Shown here piece after piece: positions 55,386 through 64,000 of a stretch of DNA of 64,000 nucleotides (position 1 is its first letter; each line of letters opens with the position of its first letter). The DNA lies in contig CAXXWX010000006.1 of assembly GCA_963675745.2 (NCBI GenBank), positions 32,001 through 96,000 on the forward strand. Reading direction: 5' to 3'. The notes beneath the pieces are model-generated. The model ran no database searches. It worked only from the letters and a program-made list of their open reading frames with translations, and was not told where the DNA came from. Both the position numbers and the translations under genes were made by a program. Source of the DNA: Phycisphaerae bacterium. GTDB lineage: Bacteria > Planctomycetota > Phycisphaerae > UBA1845 > Fen-1342.

Positions 55386-56069
55386 TTACTGGCGATTCAG
55401 CCGCTCGACCATCCTCATGAGGCGCAGGGCCAATTGGCGCTTGCTCATCAACGGCAGTGGCTGCCACTCGCCGCCGCGTGCGAGCACTTCAACGCGGCTG
55501 CGCGCCGTGCCAATCGCGGCCGGTGCGTTGAGCACGATCGCATCGAGGCCCTTTTCGCGCAGTTTCTTCTCGGCGTTACGGCGCGGCTGGCGATCCTCGA
55601 GCGCGAAGCCGATCACGGTTTGACCTTTGCGGCGCGTGCGGCTCAGGCGCGCGAGGATATCGGGCGTCTGCTTGAGTATGAGTGAAAGCTCGCGGCCGGT
55701 CTTCTTTCGCTTGTGCGGCATGACACGTGCGGGCACATAATCCGCGACCGCGGCGGCCATGATGAGACAGTCGTGGTCGTGCCAGACATTGCGGCATGCC
55801 TGCCACATCTCGCGTGCGGAAACGACGGCGATCGGCTGTACGCCGGGCGGCAATGTCAGCGCCACGGGACCGTGTACCAGCGTCACCGCGTGACCGCGAC
55901 GCACGGCCGCCTCAGCCAGCGCGAACCCCATCTGCCCGGAGGAGTCATTGGACAGGTAGCGAACCGGGTCGAGGTACTCGCGCGTCGGGCCGGCGGTGAT
56001 CAAAATACGCGTCGGGTGCTTGTCGGCGTCGGACGGCCGACGAGAACGTCGGCCGCTACGAGTGCTCAT
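55386..56069 (-). CDS. coaB: Phosphopantothenate-cysteine ligase (stand-alone CoaB)
   Basis: ITAGPTREYLDPVRYLSN.SSG.MG, AAAVADY and GFALE motifs. Confidence 0.92.
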   Translation of the reverse strand: MSTRSGRRSRRPSDADKHPTRILITAGPTREYLDPVRYLSNDSSGQMGFALAEAAVRRGHAVTLVHGPVALTLPPGVQPIAVVSAREMWQACRNVWHDHDCLIMAAAVADYVPARVMPHKRKKTGRELSLILKQTPDILARLSRTRRKGQTVIGFALEDRQPRRNAEKKLREKGLDAIVLNAPAAIGTARSRVEVLARGGEWQPLPLMSKRQLALRLMRMVERLNRQ

Positions 56070-56709
56070 TCGCGTGTCTCGGTGGCTGCGAGCGGAGTTG
56101 CTGCTGAACGACATCGAGAATGTGCTCGGGCTCACTCATGCGCCCCGGCCCCACGCCGCCGCACGCCAGCCAGCCGTCCTCCGGTCCGACCAGCAGCGTG
56201 CCTCTCTCGCGCAGCAGTGTAACGTTGCGCTGCACGGCCGGGTGCCGCCACATGCGGGTGTTCATGGCCGGCGCCACCAGCACCGGGCAATCCGCGCCGA
56301 GCAGCAGTGTGCTGACGAGATCGTCGGCGATCCCCCCGGCGAGCTTGCCGATAACGTTGGCGGTCGCCGGCGCAACCACGATCAGGTCGGCGCGCTCGCT
56401 GAGCGCGAGATGCTGCATGTTGGAGTCGCCCACGGGCTTCCACATGCTGGTATGCACTTGCCGCCCGCTGAGCGCGCGAAAAGTGAGCGGTCCGACGAAG
56501 CGGCGGGCGTTGCGCGTCATGGTGACCGTCACGCCCGCGCCGCGCTGCACCAGGTGCGAGACGAGGGCGGCGGTCTTGTAGGCCGCCACGCCTCCGGTTA
56601 CACAGATCACGACTTCGTAGCCGCTGAGTGCGGGCTGCCGGCTGGGTTCGGCTGGTGGGGTCTGATCAGGTGGGTTTGACGTCGGCAAGGCCTGAAGCCT
56701 CGTAGTCAA
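56056..56709 (-). CDS. coaC: Phosphopantothenoylcysteine decarboxylase (stand-alone CoaC); start uncertain
   Basis: TGGVAAYK, APATAN, PAMN..MW and LACG..G.GRM motifs. Confidence 0.92.
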   Translation of the reverse strand: MTTRLQALPTSNPPDQTPPAEPSRQPALSGYEVVICVTGGVAAYKTAALVSHLVQRGAGVTVTMTRNARRFVGPLTFRALSGRQVHTSMWKPVGDSNMQHLALSERADLIVVAPATANVIGKLAGGIADDLVSTLLLGADCPVLVAPAMNTRMWRHPAVQRNVTLLRERGTLLVGPEDGWLACGGVGPGRMSEPEHILDVVQQQLRSQPPRHANEHS

Positions 56710-56890
56710 TCTTGATCTTACCTTCGGCGATTTCCTGGATCACAACTTCCATGTCGGTCTTGCCCGTCGGATCGACCAGCGGTCGCGCGCCCTGCATGAT
56801 TTCGAGCCAGCGCTTCTGAATCAAAGCGGTGAACTTGAATCGGCCGCCGACCTGGGCAATTACATCGTCGCTTAGCAGTGGATGGAGCAT
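56666..56890 (-). CDS. rpoZ: RNA polymerase omega subunit
   Basis: VGGRFKFTALIQKR...GARPLV...EI.EGKI; located between gmk and coaC. Confidence 0.85.
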   Translation of the reverse strand: MLHPLLSDDVIAQVGGRFKFTALIQKRWLEIMQGARPLVDPTGKTDMEVVIQEIAEGKIKIDYEASGLADVKPT

Positions 56891-56904
56891 ACCGTACCTG
56901 TTCC

Positions 56905-57471
56905 CTAGCTGATAATGTCTATAACGCGGCTGATAGTCTCTTCTAGTATATCGTTGGTCACGAAGTATTGGTAGTGACCGCTGCCGCGGGCAAACGCGAT
57001 CTCTCCGTCGGCTTCCTCCAGCCGCTTGTGTTGCAGGGCCTCCGATTCCGTGTGCCGGCCCGCCAGGCGCGCCTGAAGCGTCTCCATGGTCGGCGGCAGC
57101 ACGAAAACACGCAGCGATTCGGGCATCTGCTCGGCGACCTGGGCCCCGCCCTGCACATCTATCTCCATCACCATGATCTCGCCACGCTCCAGAGCTTCCT
57201 CGACCGGCTGGCGCGGTGTGCCGTAGATGTGACCAACGTACTCGGCGTGTTCCAGCAGCTCGCCCGCCGCGATCATCCGGTTGATCTCGTCGCGCGAGAC
57301 GAAGCGATATTCGCCGCCGTCCTTTTCCTGGCCGCGTGGCGGCCGGGTGGTCACCGAGACCGACCAACGCGCGTTGGGCACGCGCTCAAGCAGCGCGTTG
57401 CAGATCGAGGTCTTTCCGGCCCCGGATGGGCCGCTGATCACCACCAGTTTTCCACGCTTCGGTTGGGCCAT
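56905..57471 (-). CDS. gmk: Guanylate kinase
   Basis: SGPSGAGKT, TTR.PR..E.DG..Y.FV, YGTP and EIDVQG motifs. Confidence 0.96.
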   Translation of the reverse strand: MAQPKRGKLVVISGPSGAGKTSICNALLERVPNARWSVSVTTRPPRGQEKDGGEYRFVSRDEINRMIAAGELLEHAEYVGHIYGTPRQPVEEALERGEIMVMEIDVQGGAQVAEQMPESLRVFVLPPTMETLQARLAGRHTESEALQHKRLEEADGEIAFARGSGHYQYFVTNDILEETISRVIDIIS

Positions 57472-57562
57472 GGTCTGGGTTGCCTAAAGGTCCTATAGAC
57501 AATTCTGTAGCGGACTGCGCCTCGCAGGCCGTTTGCGCTAAAGGGTGTTTCCGGGATACGCC

Positions 57563-57955
57563 CTAGCTCGTCGATTGCAGTGCGCTGAGTGTGCTCAGTC
57601 GGCGCTGCTGGAGAACGCGTTCGGCGCTGCCGACGTCGGCCTCGTCCAGTGCGCGCCGGGCGTTTTCGACCACCTCCGCCGTAACCTGCTCGGCGAGCAG
57701 CGCATTGGGCGTGAGGACGGCCACATCATTGTCGTGTACCTGGGCAAAGCCACCGTCGATGAACACCCGCCGTGCGTGGCCATCTGTTTCGTAGCGAAGC
57801 TGGCCGATGCCGAGTTCGCACATCAGGGGGGCGCGCAGGTTCAACACGCCGATCTCGCCGTCGTGAGCCGGAATCACCACCGCGGTTGCCGTCTCGCGCA
57901 CAACCTCGCGCTCGGGCGTGATTACCACCAGGTTGATGTTCTTGGACTCGGCCAT
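57563..57955 (-). CDS. atpC: F1F0 ATP synthase epsilon subunit
   Basis: VITPER, P..DGEIGVL, GGFAQV..N.V.VL and C-terminal helices. Confidence 0.9.
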   Translation of the reverse strand: MAESKNINLVVITPEREVVRETATAVVIPAHDGEIGVLNLRAPLMCELGIGQLRYETDGHARRVFIDGGFAQVHDNDVAVLTPNALLAEQVTAEVVENARRALDEADVGSAERVLQQRRLSTLSALQSTS

Positions 57956-58029
57956 GGCGTTTGGGCTTGTATCTGGAATCCCGGGGCTAGTCAAGTTCGG
58001 CGGCGAAGCGCTGGGCTTGCCAGCGGTCG

Positions 58030-58341
58030 TCAGTCATCCGCTTTCGACGTATTGGTGCCGGTTGTCGCGCCGGCCTTGTTGTCCGCGGTGCTTTTCTTGT
58101 CGTCTGTTTTGGGCTCGCCTGTCTTTTTTTCGGCCTCGGCCGCTTTTTTGTAGGACTCGCTACGATAATCGGTCTGGTAGAACCCGGAACCCTTGAATAT
58201 GAGCCCGGCACCGGTCCCGATCAAGCGTTCGAGCTTGCGCGCGCCACACACCGGGCACTTCTTCAGCACGGGTGCCGTGATCGACTGGAACTCCTCAAAC
58301 TGGTGGCCACACGCGCTGCACGCATAGTCATACGTTGGCAT
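58030..58341 (-). CDS. FmdB-family zinc-ribbon regulator
   Basis: MPTYDYACSACGH...CPVCG...FKGSGFYQTDY. Confidence 0.9.
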   Translation of the reverse strand: MPTYDYACSACGHQFEEFQSITAPVLKKCPVCGARKLERLIGTGAGLIFKGSGFYQTDYRSESYKKAAEAEKKTGEPKTDDKKSTADNKAGATTGTNTSKADD

Positions 58342-58949
58342 CAGTCTTCCTCCGGCGCGTTGTCGTCGGTATCCGCATCGGCCGGGGCCTTGCCACTGGA
58401 GACAATCACGCGTGTCGAGCGAATGACGCGGCCGAGCATAACATAGCCGCGCTGCAATTCCTGGAGCACGATTCCAGCCTCATGGTCATCGCTGGGCTGC
58501 TGCATCATCGCCTCGTGGAAGTGCGGGTCGAACTTCTTGCCGACGGCCTCAATCGGCTTTATGTGCCGTCCATCGAGCACTTTGAGGAAGTGCTCGTATA
58601 CGATGCGTACGCCGTCGGCGAGTGCCTCCTGATTAGCGCCGTCCCTGGCCGATTGCAGCGTGCGTTCCAGATCGTCCAGCACGATGAGCAATTCGCGGGC
58701 GAAGTCGGCCTCGGCGTATTTGAGCGCGTCCGCCTTTTCACGTTGGGCGCGCTGATGTGTGTTGCGCACCTCCGCGGCCAGACGCATATTCTCGTCCTGG
58801 AGCTTCGCACAGCGCTGCCGAGCGGCCTCGAGCGGATCAGGCTCGTCGCCCGCCTCCGCCTCGACTGACGGCTCCGCGGGCGACACGTCATCCGCCGCCG
58901 CGCGCTTCGTGTCCTGTTCAAGGTCAGACGATTTCGCGTCGTCCATCAC
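58341..58949 (-). CDS. grpE: Nucleotide exchange factor GrpE
   Basis: R.AAE..N, DDLER, FDP.FHEA and GY....RVIR motifs. Confidence 0.95.
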   Translation of the reverse strand: MMDDAKSSDLEQDTKRAAADDVSPAEPSVEAEAGDEPDPLEAARQRCAKLQDENMRLAAEVRNTHQRAQREKADALKYAEADFARELLIVLDDLERTLQSARDGANQEALADGVRIVYEHFLKVLDGRHIKPIEAVGKKFDPHFHEAMMQQPSDDHEAGIVLQELQRGYVMLGRVIRSTRVIVSSGKAPADADTDDNAPEED

Positions 58950-59062
58950 TTCGTGTTCCTCAGGCGCGGTGGCCGCCCCTTGTGGCGGCCGTTGGTGTCC
59001 GAGTGATCATTGGCGCTCGCCGGCCACTTCTCATTATGTATGCCGCATGCGCCGTCATCCCG

Positions 59063-60217
59063 CTAACCCTGATCATCACCGGCACCGGTGAGATAGTCTT
59101 TCAAACGCTCGAAAAACCCCTTCGATTCAGGCAAAACGTGCCTGTCCTCGGTCTCCGCGAACTTCCGCAAAAGCTCCTTCTGATGGGCGGCGAGCTTCTT
59201 GGGCGTCTCGATAATCACCTGCACGATTTCACGCCCGCGACGACCGCTGCGCATGTTTGGCAGCCCTTTGCCCGACAGCTCGAACAACTCGCCGTATTGC
59301 GTGCCCGCTCTGATGCGCAGCGGCGTGGTACCGGTGAGCGTCGGCACATCCACTTGGGCGCCCAGGGCCGCCTGCGTGAAACTGATCGGCAGTCGACAGA
59401 TCAGGTCGTCACCCTGCCGTTCAAAAAACTCATGCTCCTTCACGCGCACCACACACAGCAGGTCGCCGCGCGCGCTGCCGAGCGGACCCGGCTCTCCCTC
59501 GCCAGGCAAGCGAATGCTCTGGCCTTCGTGGATGCCGGCCGGGACTTTGACGTTGAGCACGCGCTCTTTCTTGGCGCGCCCGGAACCGTGACAGGCGCGA
59601 CAGGCCTTCTCGATGACCTGTCCGCGGCCGTGGCAATTCGGACACTCAACCACGGTGCGCGTGACAAGAAACCCCATCGAGCGCTGCTGCTCAACCTGGC
59701 CATACCCGCCGCAGGTCTGGCAGGTCTTGCGGTCCGTGCCGGGCTCGGCGCCGCTGCCCGCGCAGACATCGCAGAAGTCGTTGCGCAACACGCGCAGCGT
59801 CTTGGTCACACCGGTGGCGACGTCTTTGAGGTCCAACTCGACCACCGTCTGGACGCTGACGCCGCGCGTAGCGCGTGACCGGCCACCGAAGGCTCCGCCA
59901 AACGCATCGCCGAACAGATCGCTGAAGACGCTGAAGATGTCGTCGGCGCGCATGTGCGAGAAATCGTGCAGCCCGACACCTTCAAGCCCGGCATGGCCGT
60001 AGCGGTCATAGCGCTGCCGTTTCTCGGGATCCGAGAGAACCTCGTAGGCTTCGGATGCCTCCTTGAATTTCTCCTCGGCCCCCGGCTCCTTGTTGCGGTC
60101 GGGGTGGTACTTCAGCGCAGCCTGGCGGTACGCTCGCTTGATCTCGTCGGGCGAGACGGATCGCTCGACGCCGAGCACATCGTAGTAGTCGCGCTTTTCA
60201 GCCACACCGGTACTCAT
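59063..60217 (-). CDS. dnaJ: Chaperone DnaJ
   Basis: DYYDVLG, HPD and four CxxCxGxG repeats. Confidence 0.97.
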   Translation of the reverse strand: MSTGVAEKRDYYDVLGVERSVSPDEIKRAYRQAALKYHPDRNKEPGAEEKFKEASEAYEVLSDPEKRQRYDRYGHAGLEGVGLHDFSHMRADDIFSVFSDLFGDAFGGAFGGRSRATRGVSVQTVVELDLKDVATGVTKTLRVLRNDFCDVCAGSGAEPGTDRKTCQTCGGYGQVEQQRSMGFLVTRTVVECPNCHGRGQVIEKACRACHGSGRAKKERVLNVKVPAGIHEGQSIRLPGEGEPGPLGSARGDLLCVVRVKEHEFFERQGDDLICRLPISFTQAALGAQVDVPTLTGTTPLRIRAGTQYGELFELSGKGLPNMRSGRRGREIVQVIIETPKKLAAHQKELLRKFAETEDRHVLPESKGFFERLKDYLTGAGDDQG

Positions 60218-60290
60218 CGTTGTTGTCGCGGTCGCGCGTCTCGTCGGCCCTCACATGGTCGCTCGTAACTGGCCGAACGTCACAAGACAA

Positions 60291-60313
60291 CAGGGGCGTG
60301 AGCCACGCCCCTG
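60291..60313. terminator. Hairpin downstream of groEL (before dnaJ)
   Basis: CAGGGGCGTG-AGC-CACGCCCCTG, a perfect 10-bp stem. Confidence 0.55.
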
Positions 60314-60341
60314 CCGTGCGGTTGCCGTACTTGCAGCGCGG

Positions 60342-61958
60342 CTAGTGGGTCGCGCCCTCAACGTTCTTCTCCGCGTCCTCCTTGTACTCCGTACAGAGGA
60401 CATCGGTTGTGAGCATGAGGCCGGCCACACTGGCGGCGTTTTGTAGCGCCACACGCGCCACCTTTGCCGGATCGATGATGCCGGCTGTGAACATATCGAC
60501 GTATTCGTCGGTGGCCGCGTCATAGCCGATGTTCTTGCCCTGCGACAGGATCTCATCCACGACCACGCCGCCATCCTGGCCGGCATTGTCGGCGATCTGC
60601 CGCGCCGGGTACTCGAGGGCCTTGGCGATGATCTGGTAGCCGAGCCGCTCGTCGCCTTCGATGGTGCGCAGCGCGTCGTTGATCGGCTTGATCGCGTGCA
60701 GGAATACCACGCCCCCGCCGACCACAACACCCTCTTCGGCGGCGGCCTTGGTGGCATGGAAAGCGTCATCGACAAGGTCTTTGCGTTCCTTGACCTCGAT
60801 CTCGGTGGACCCGCCGACCTTCACGAGCGCCACGCCCCCGGTGAGTTTTGCCAGGCGCTCCTGGAGTTTCTCGCCGTCATAGTCGCTGGTGGTCTTCTCG
60901 ATCTGCTTGCGAATCTGCTCGATGCGCGAGTTGATCTCTTTCTTCTTGCCGGCCCCTTCGATGAGCATGGTGTTGTCTTTGTCGATCACCACGCGCTTGG
61001 CGGTGCCCATCATGTCGAGCGTGACACTCTCGAGTTTCAGGCCCTGGTCCTCGCTGATAAACGTACCGCCGGTCAGGGCGGCGATGTCACCGAGCATGGC
61101 CTTGCGCCGATCGCCAAAGCCGGGCGCCTTGACGGCGGCCACCTTCAGCACTCCGCGCAGTTTGTTCACGACCAACGCCGCCAGCGCCTCGCCCTCGACA
61201 TCTTCAGCGATGATCAGCAACGGTCTGCCGATGTTGGCGGTCTTCTCGAGCACGGGCAGAAGATCGCGCAGCGCGCCGATCTTCTTCTCGTAAATGAGAA
61301 TGGCCGGGTCTTCAAGAACGGCCTCGAGCGCGTTGGGGTCGGTGATGAAATACGGGGAGATGAAGCCCTTGTCGAAGGCCATGCCTTCCACATGCTCCCA
61401 GGTGGTCTCGGTGCTCTTGCCTTCCTCGACCTCGACCACGCCGTCCTTGCCGACCTTGGCAAACGCCTCGGCCAGCATCTTGCCGACTTCCTTGTCGCCG
61501 TTGGCGCTGATTGTGCCGACCTTGGCTATGTCGTCCTTACCTTTGACAGCCACGGCCTGTTTCTTGATGCACTCGACGGCGATTTCAACGGCCTTATCTA
61601 TGCCGCGTTTCACTGCCATCGGTGCGGCGCCGGCCGTGATGTGCTTGATACCCTCGGCGAGGATGGCCTCGGCGAGAACGGTGGCGGTTGTCGTCCCGTC
61701 GCCGGCGACGTCAGACGTCTTGCTGGCGACTTCGTTGACGAGCTTCGCGCCCATGTTGCGGAACGGATCGGGCAGGTCGATTTCCTTGGAGACGGTTACG
61801 CCGTCCTTGGTGACGCGCGGCGCGCCCCACGACTTTTGCAGCAGGACATTGTGTCCGACAGGGCCGAGCGTGGACTTGACCGCGCGGCTGAGTTGGCGGA
61901 CACCGTCCAGCAATTCGGCGCGGGCCCGTTCCTGATTCAACAGTTGCTTAGCTGGCAT
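60342..61958 (-). CDS. groL: Chaperonin GroEL (copy without GGM tail)
   Basis: [14 protein letters not shown] and [10 protein letters not shown] motifs; ends EGATH. Confidence 0.97.
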   Translation of the reverse strand: MPAKQLLNQERARAELLDGVRQLSRAVKSTLGPVGHNVLLQKSWGAPRVTKDGVTVSKEIDLPDPFRNMGAKLVNEVASKTSDVAGDGTTTATVLAEAILAEGIKHITAGAAPMAVKRGIDKAVEIAVECIKKQAVAVKGKDDIAKVGTISANGDKEVGKMLAEAFAKVGKDGVVEVEEGKSTETTWEHVEGMAFDKGFISPYFITDPNALEAVLEDPAILIYEKKIGALRDLLPVLEKTANIGRPLLIIAEDVEGEALAALVVNKLRGVLKVAAVKAPGFGDRRKAMLGDIAALTGGTFISEDQGLKLESVTLDMMGTAKRVVIDKDNTMLIEGAGKKKEINSRIEQIRKQIEKTTSDYDGEKLQERLAKLTGGVALVKVGGSTEIEVKERKDLVDDAFHATKAAAEEGVVVGGGVVFLHAIKPINDALRTIEGDERLGYQIIAKALEYPARQIADNAGQDGGVVVDEILSQGKNIGYDAATDEYVDMFTAGIIDPAKVARVALQNAASVAGLMLTTDVLCTEYKEDAEKNVEGATH

Positions 61959-61982
61959 CTAGCGCTCCCTTTGGTCGCTTGT

Positions 61983-62109
61983 AATGCAGAATGCGGAATG
62001 CTGAATGCAGAAACTCGCAACGCAAGCAGCACGACTATTCATGCACCGTCAGTGAGGTAAACACCTCACGGACGGTAGTTTCTGCATTCATCATTCATCA
62101 TTCATCAAT
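61983..62109. repeat. Heptamer tandem repeats in inverted arrangement around an inner hairpin
   Basis: (AATGCNG)x4-AAACT ... AGTTT-CTGCATT-(CATCATT)x2-CATCAAT; inner ACCGTC-A-GTGAGGT-AAAC-ACCTCAC-G-GACGGT. Confidence 0.8.
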
Positions 62110-62110
62110 C

Positions 62111-62425
62111 TCACACTTGTACCGCCAACACGTCGCTCTCGCGGATGACGACGAGCGTATCGCCGTCGATTTCGACCTCGGTGCCGCTGTACTTGCCGTA
62201 GAACACGCGGTCGCCGAGCTTGAGCGACATCTTCCCGCGCTCGCCGGTCTTTTCGATCAGTTTGCCGGGGCCCAGCGCTACGACTTTGCCCTGATTGGGC
62301 TTTTCGCGGGCGGCCTCGGGCAGCACAATCCCGCCGGCAGTGACTTCCTCAGCCTCGAACGGCTGCACAACAACGCGATCATCCAACGGACGAATTGTGA
62401 CTTTCTTAGCAGTGGCTGTTGCCAT
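62111..62425 (-). CDS. groS: Co-chaperonin GroES
   Basis: RPLDDRV, TAGGIVLP, KYSGTEV and RESDVLA motifs. Confidence 0.97.
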   Translation of the reverse strand: MATATAKKVTIRPLDDRVVVQPFEAEEVTAGGIVLPEAAREKPNQGKVVALGPGKLIEKTGERGKMSLKLGDRVFYGKYSGTEVEIDGDTLVVIRESDVLAVQV

Positions 62426-62463
62426 GTCTAGAGCTCTCCAGTGTTACGATGAATACCAGGACA

Positions 62464-62563
62464 AGAAGTCAGAAGTAAGAAGTTGGAAGTAAGAAACGCG
62501 CTGGCGTGGCGATGTTGCTCAATGCTGCAGTTTCTGACTTCATACTTCATACTTCTTACTTTC
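62464..62563. repeat. Second heptamer inverted-repeat element
   Basis: AGAAGTC AGAAGTA AGAAGTT GGAAGTA AGAAAC ... GTTTCT GACTTCA TACTTCA TACTTCT TACTTTC. Confidence 0.8.

Positions 62564-64000
<1,437 letters not shown>

Overview
GC-rich bacterial chromosome segment, most likely Planctomycetota (Phycisphaerae-like). The taxonomy is inferred from the groEL-groES-groEL-dnaJ-grpE order, split coaC/coaB, a planctomycete-type rpoZ and CPxCxYxLxGL zinc-finger proteins. The right two-thirds is mostly housekeeping: aroA, hemW, truD, dnaA-oriC-dnaN-DUF721-gyrB, tRNA-Leu(CAA), ltaE, DAHP synthase, nrnA, xseB, comF, coaB/C, rpoZ, gmk, an orphan atpC and the chaperone operon. The left 20 kb holds the most interesting system, a type IV filament (T4aP/T2SS hybrid) locus. 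Its assembly genes (PilB with an MshEN domain, PilC, PilM/N/O/P-like, two paralogous GspG-like pilins, and an oppositely transcribed secretin plus TPR lipoprotein) sit in one tightly packed operon with a signalling module. That module has a PAS histidine kinase, a stand-alone receiver, an HD-GYP phosphodiesterase, a membrane-bound degenerate GGDEF protein with an intact RxxD I-site, and a STAS protein. Three transcription units of the locus share a sigma28-like promoter motif (nnAAG-N15-(A/T)CCGAT). Just upstream of the secretin lies an unannotated riboswitch-like RNA (minus strand, 3701-3811) whose P1 helix competes with a terminator and which points antisense into two tandem 339-aa secreted paralogs. 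Other non-coding structure: a REP-like doublet, heptamer inverted-repeat elements on both sides of groES, an oriC with an inverted DnaA-trio-like array, and several candidate operators. All calls are made by eye from motifs; no database searches were run.
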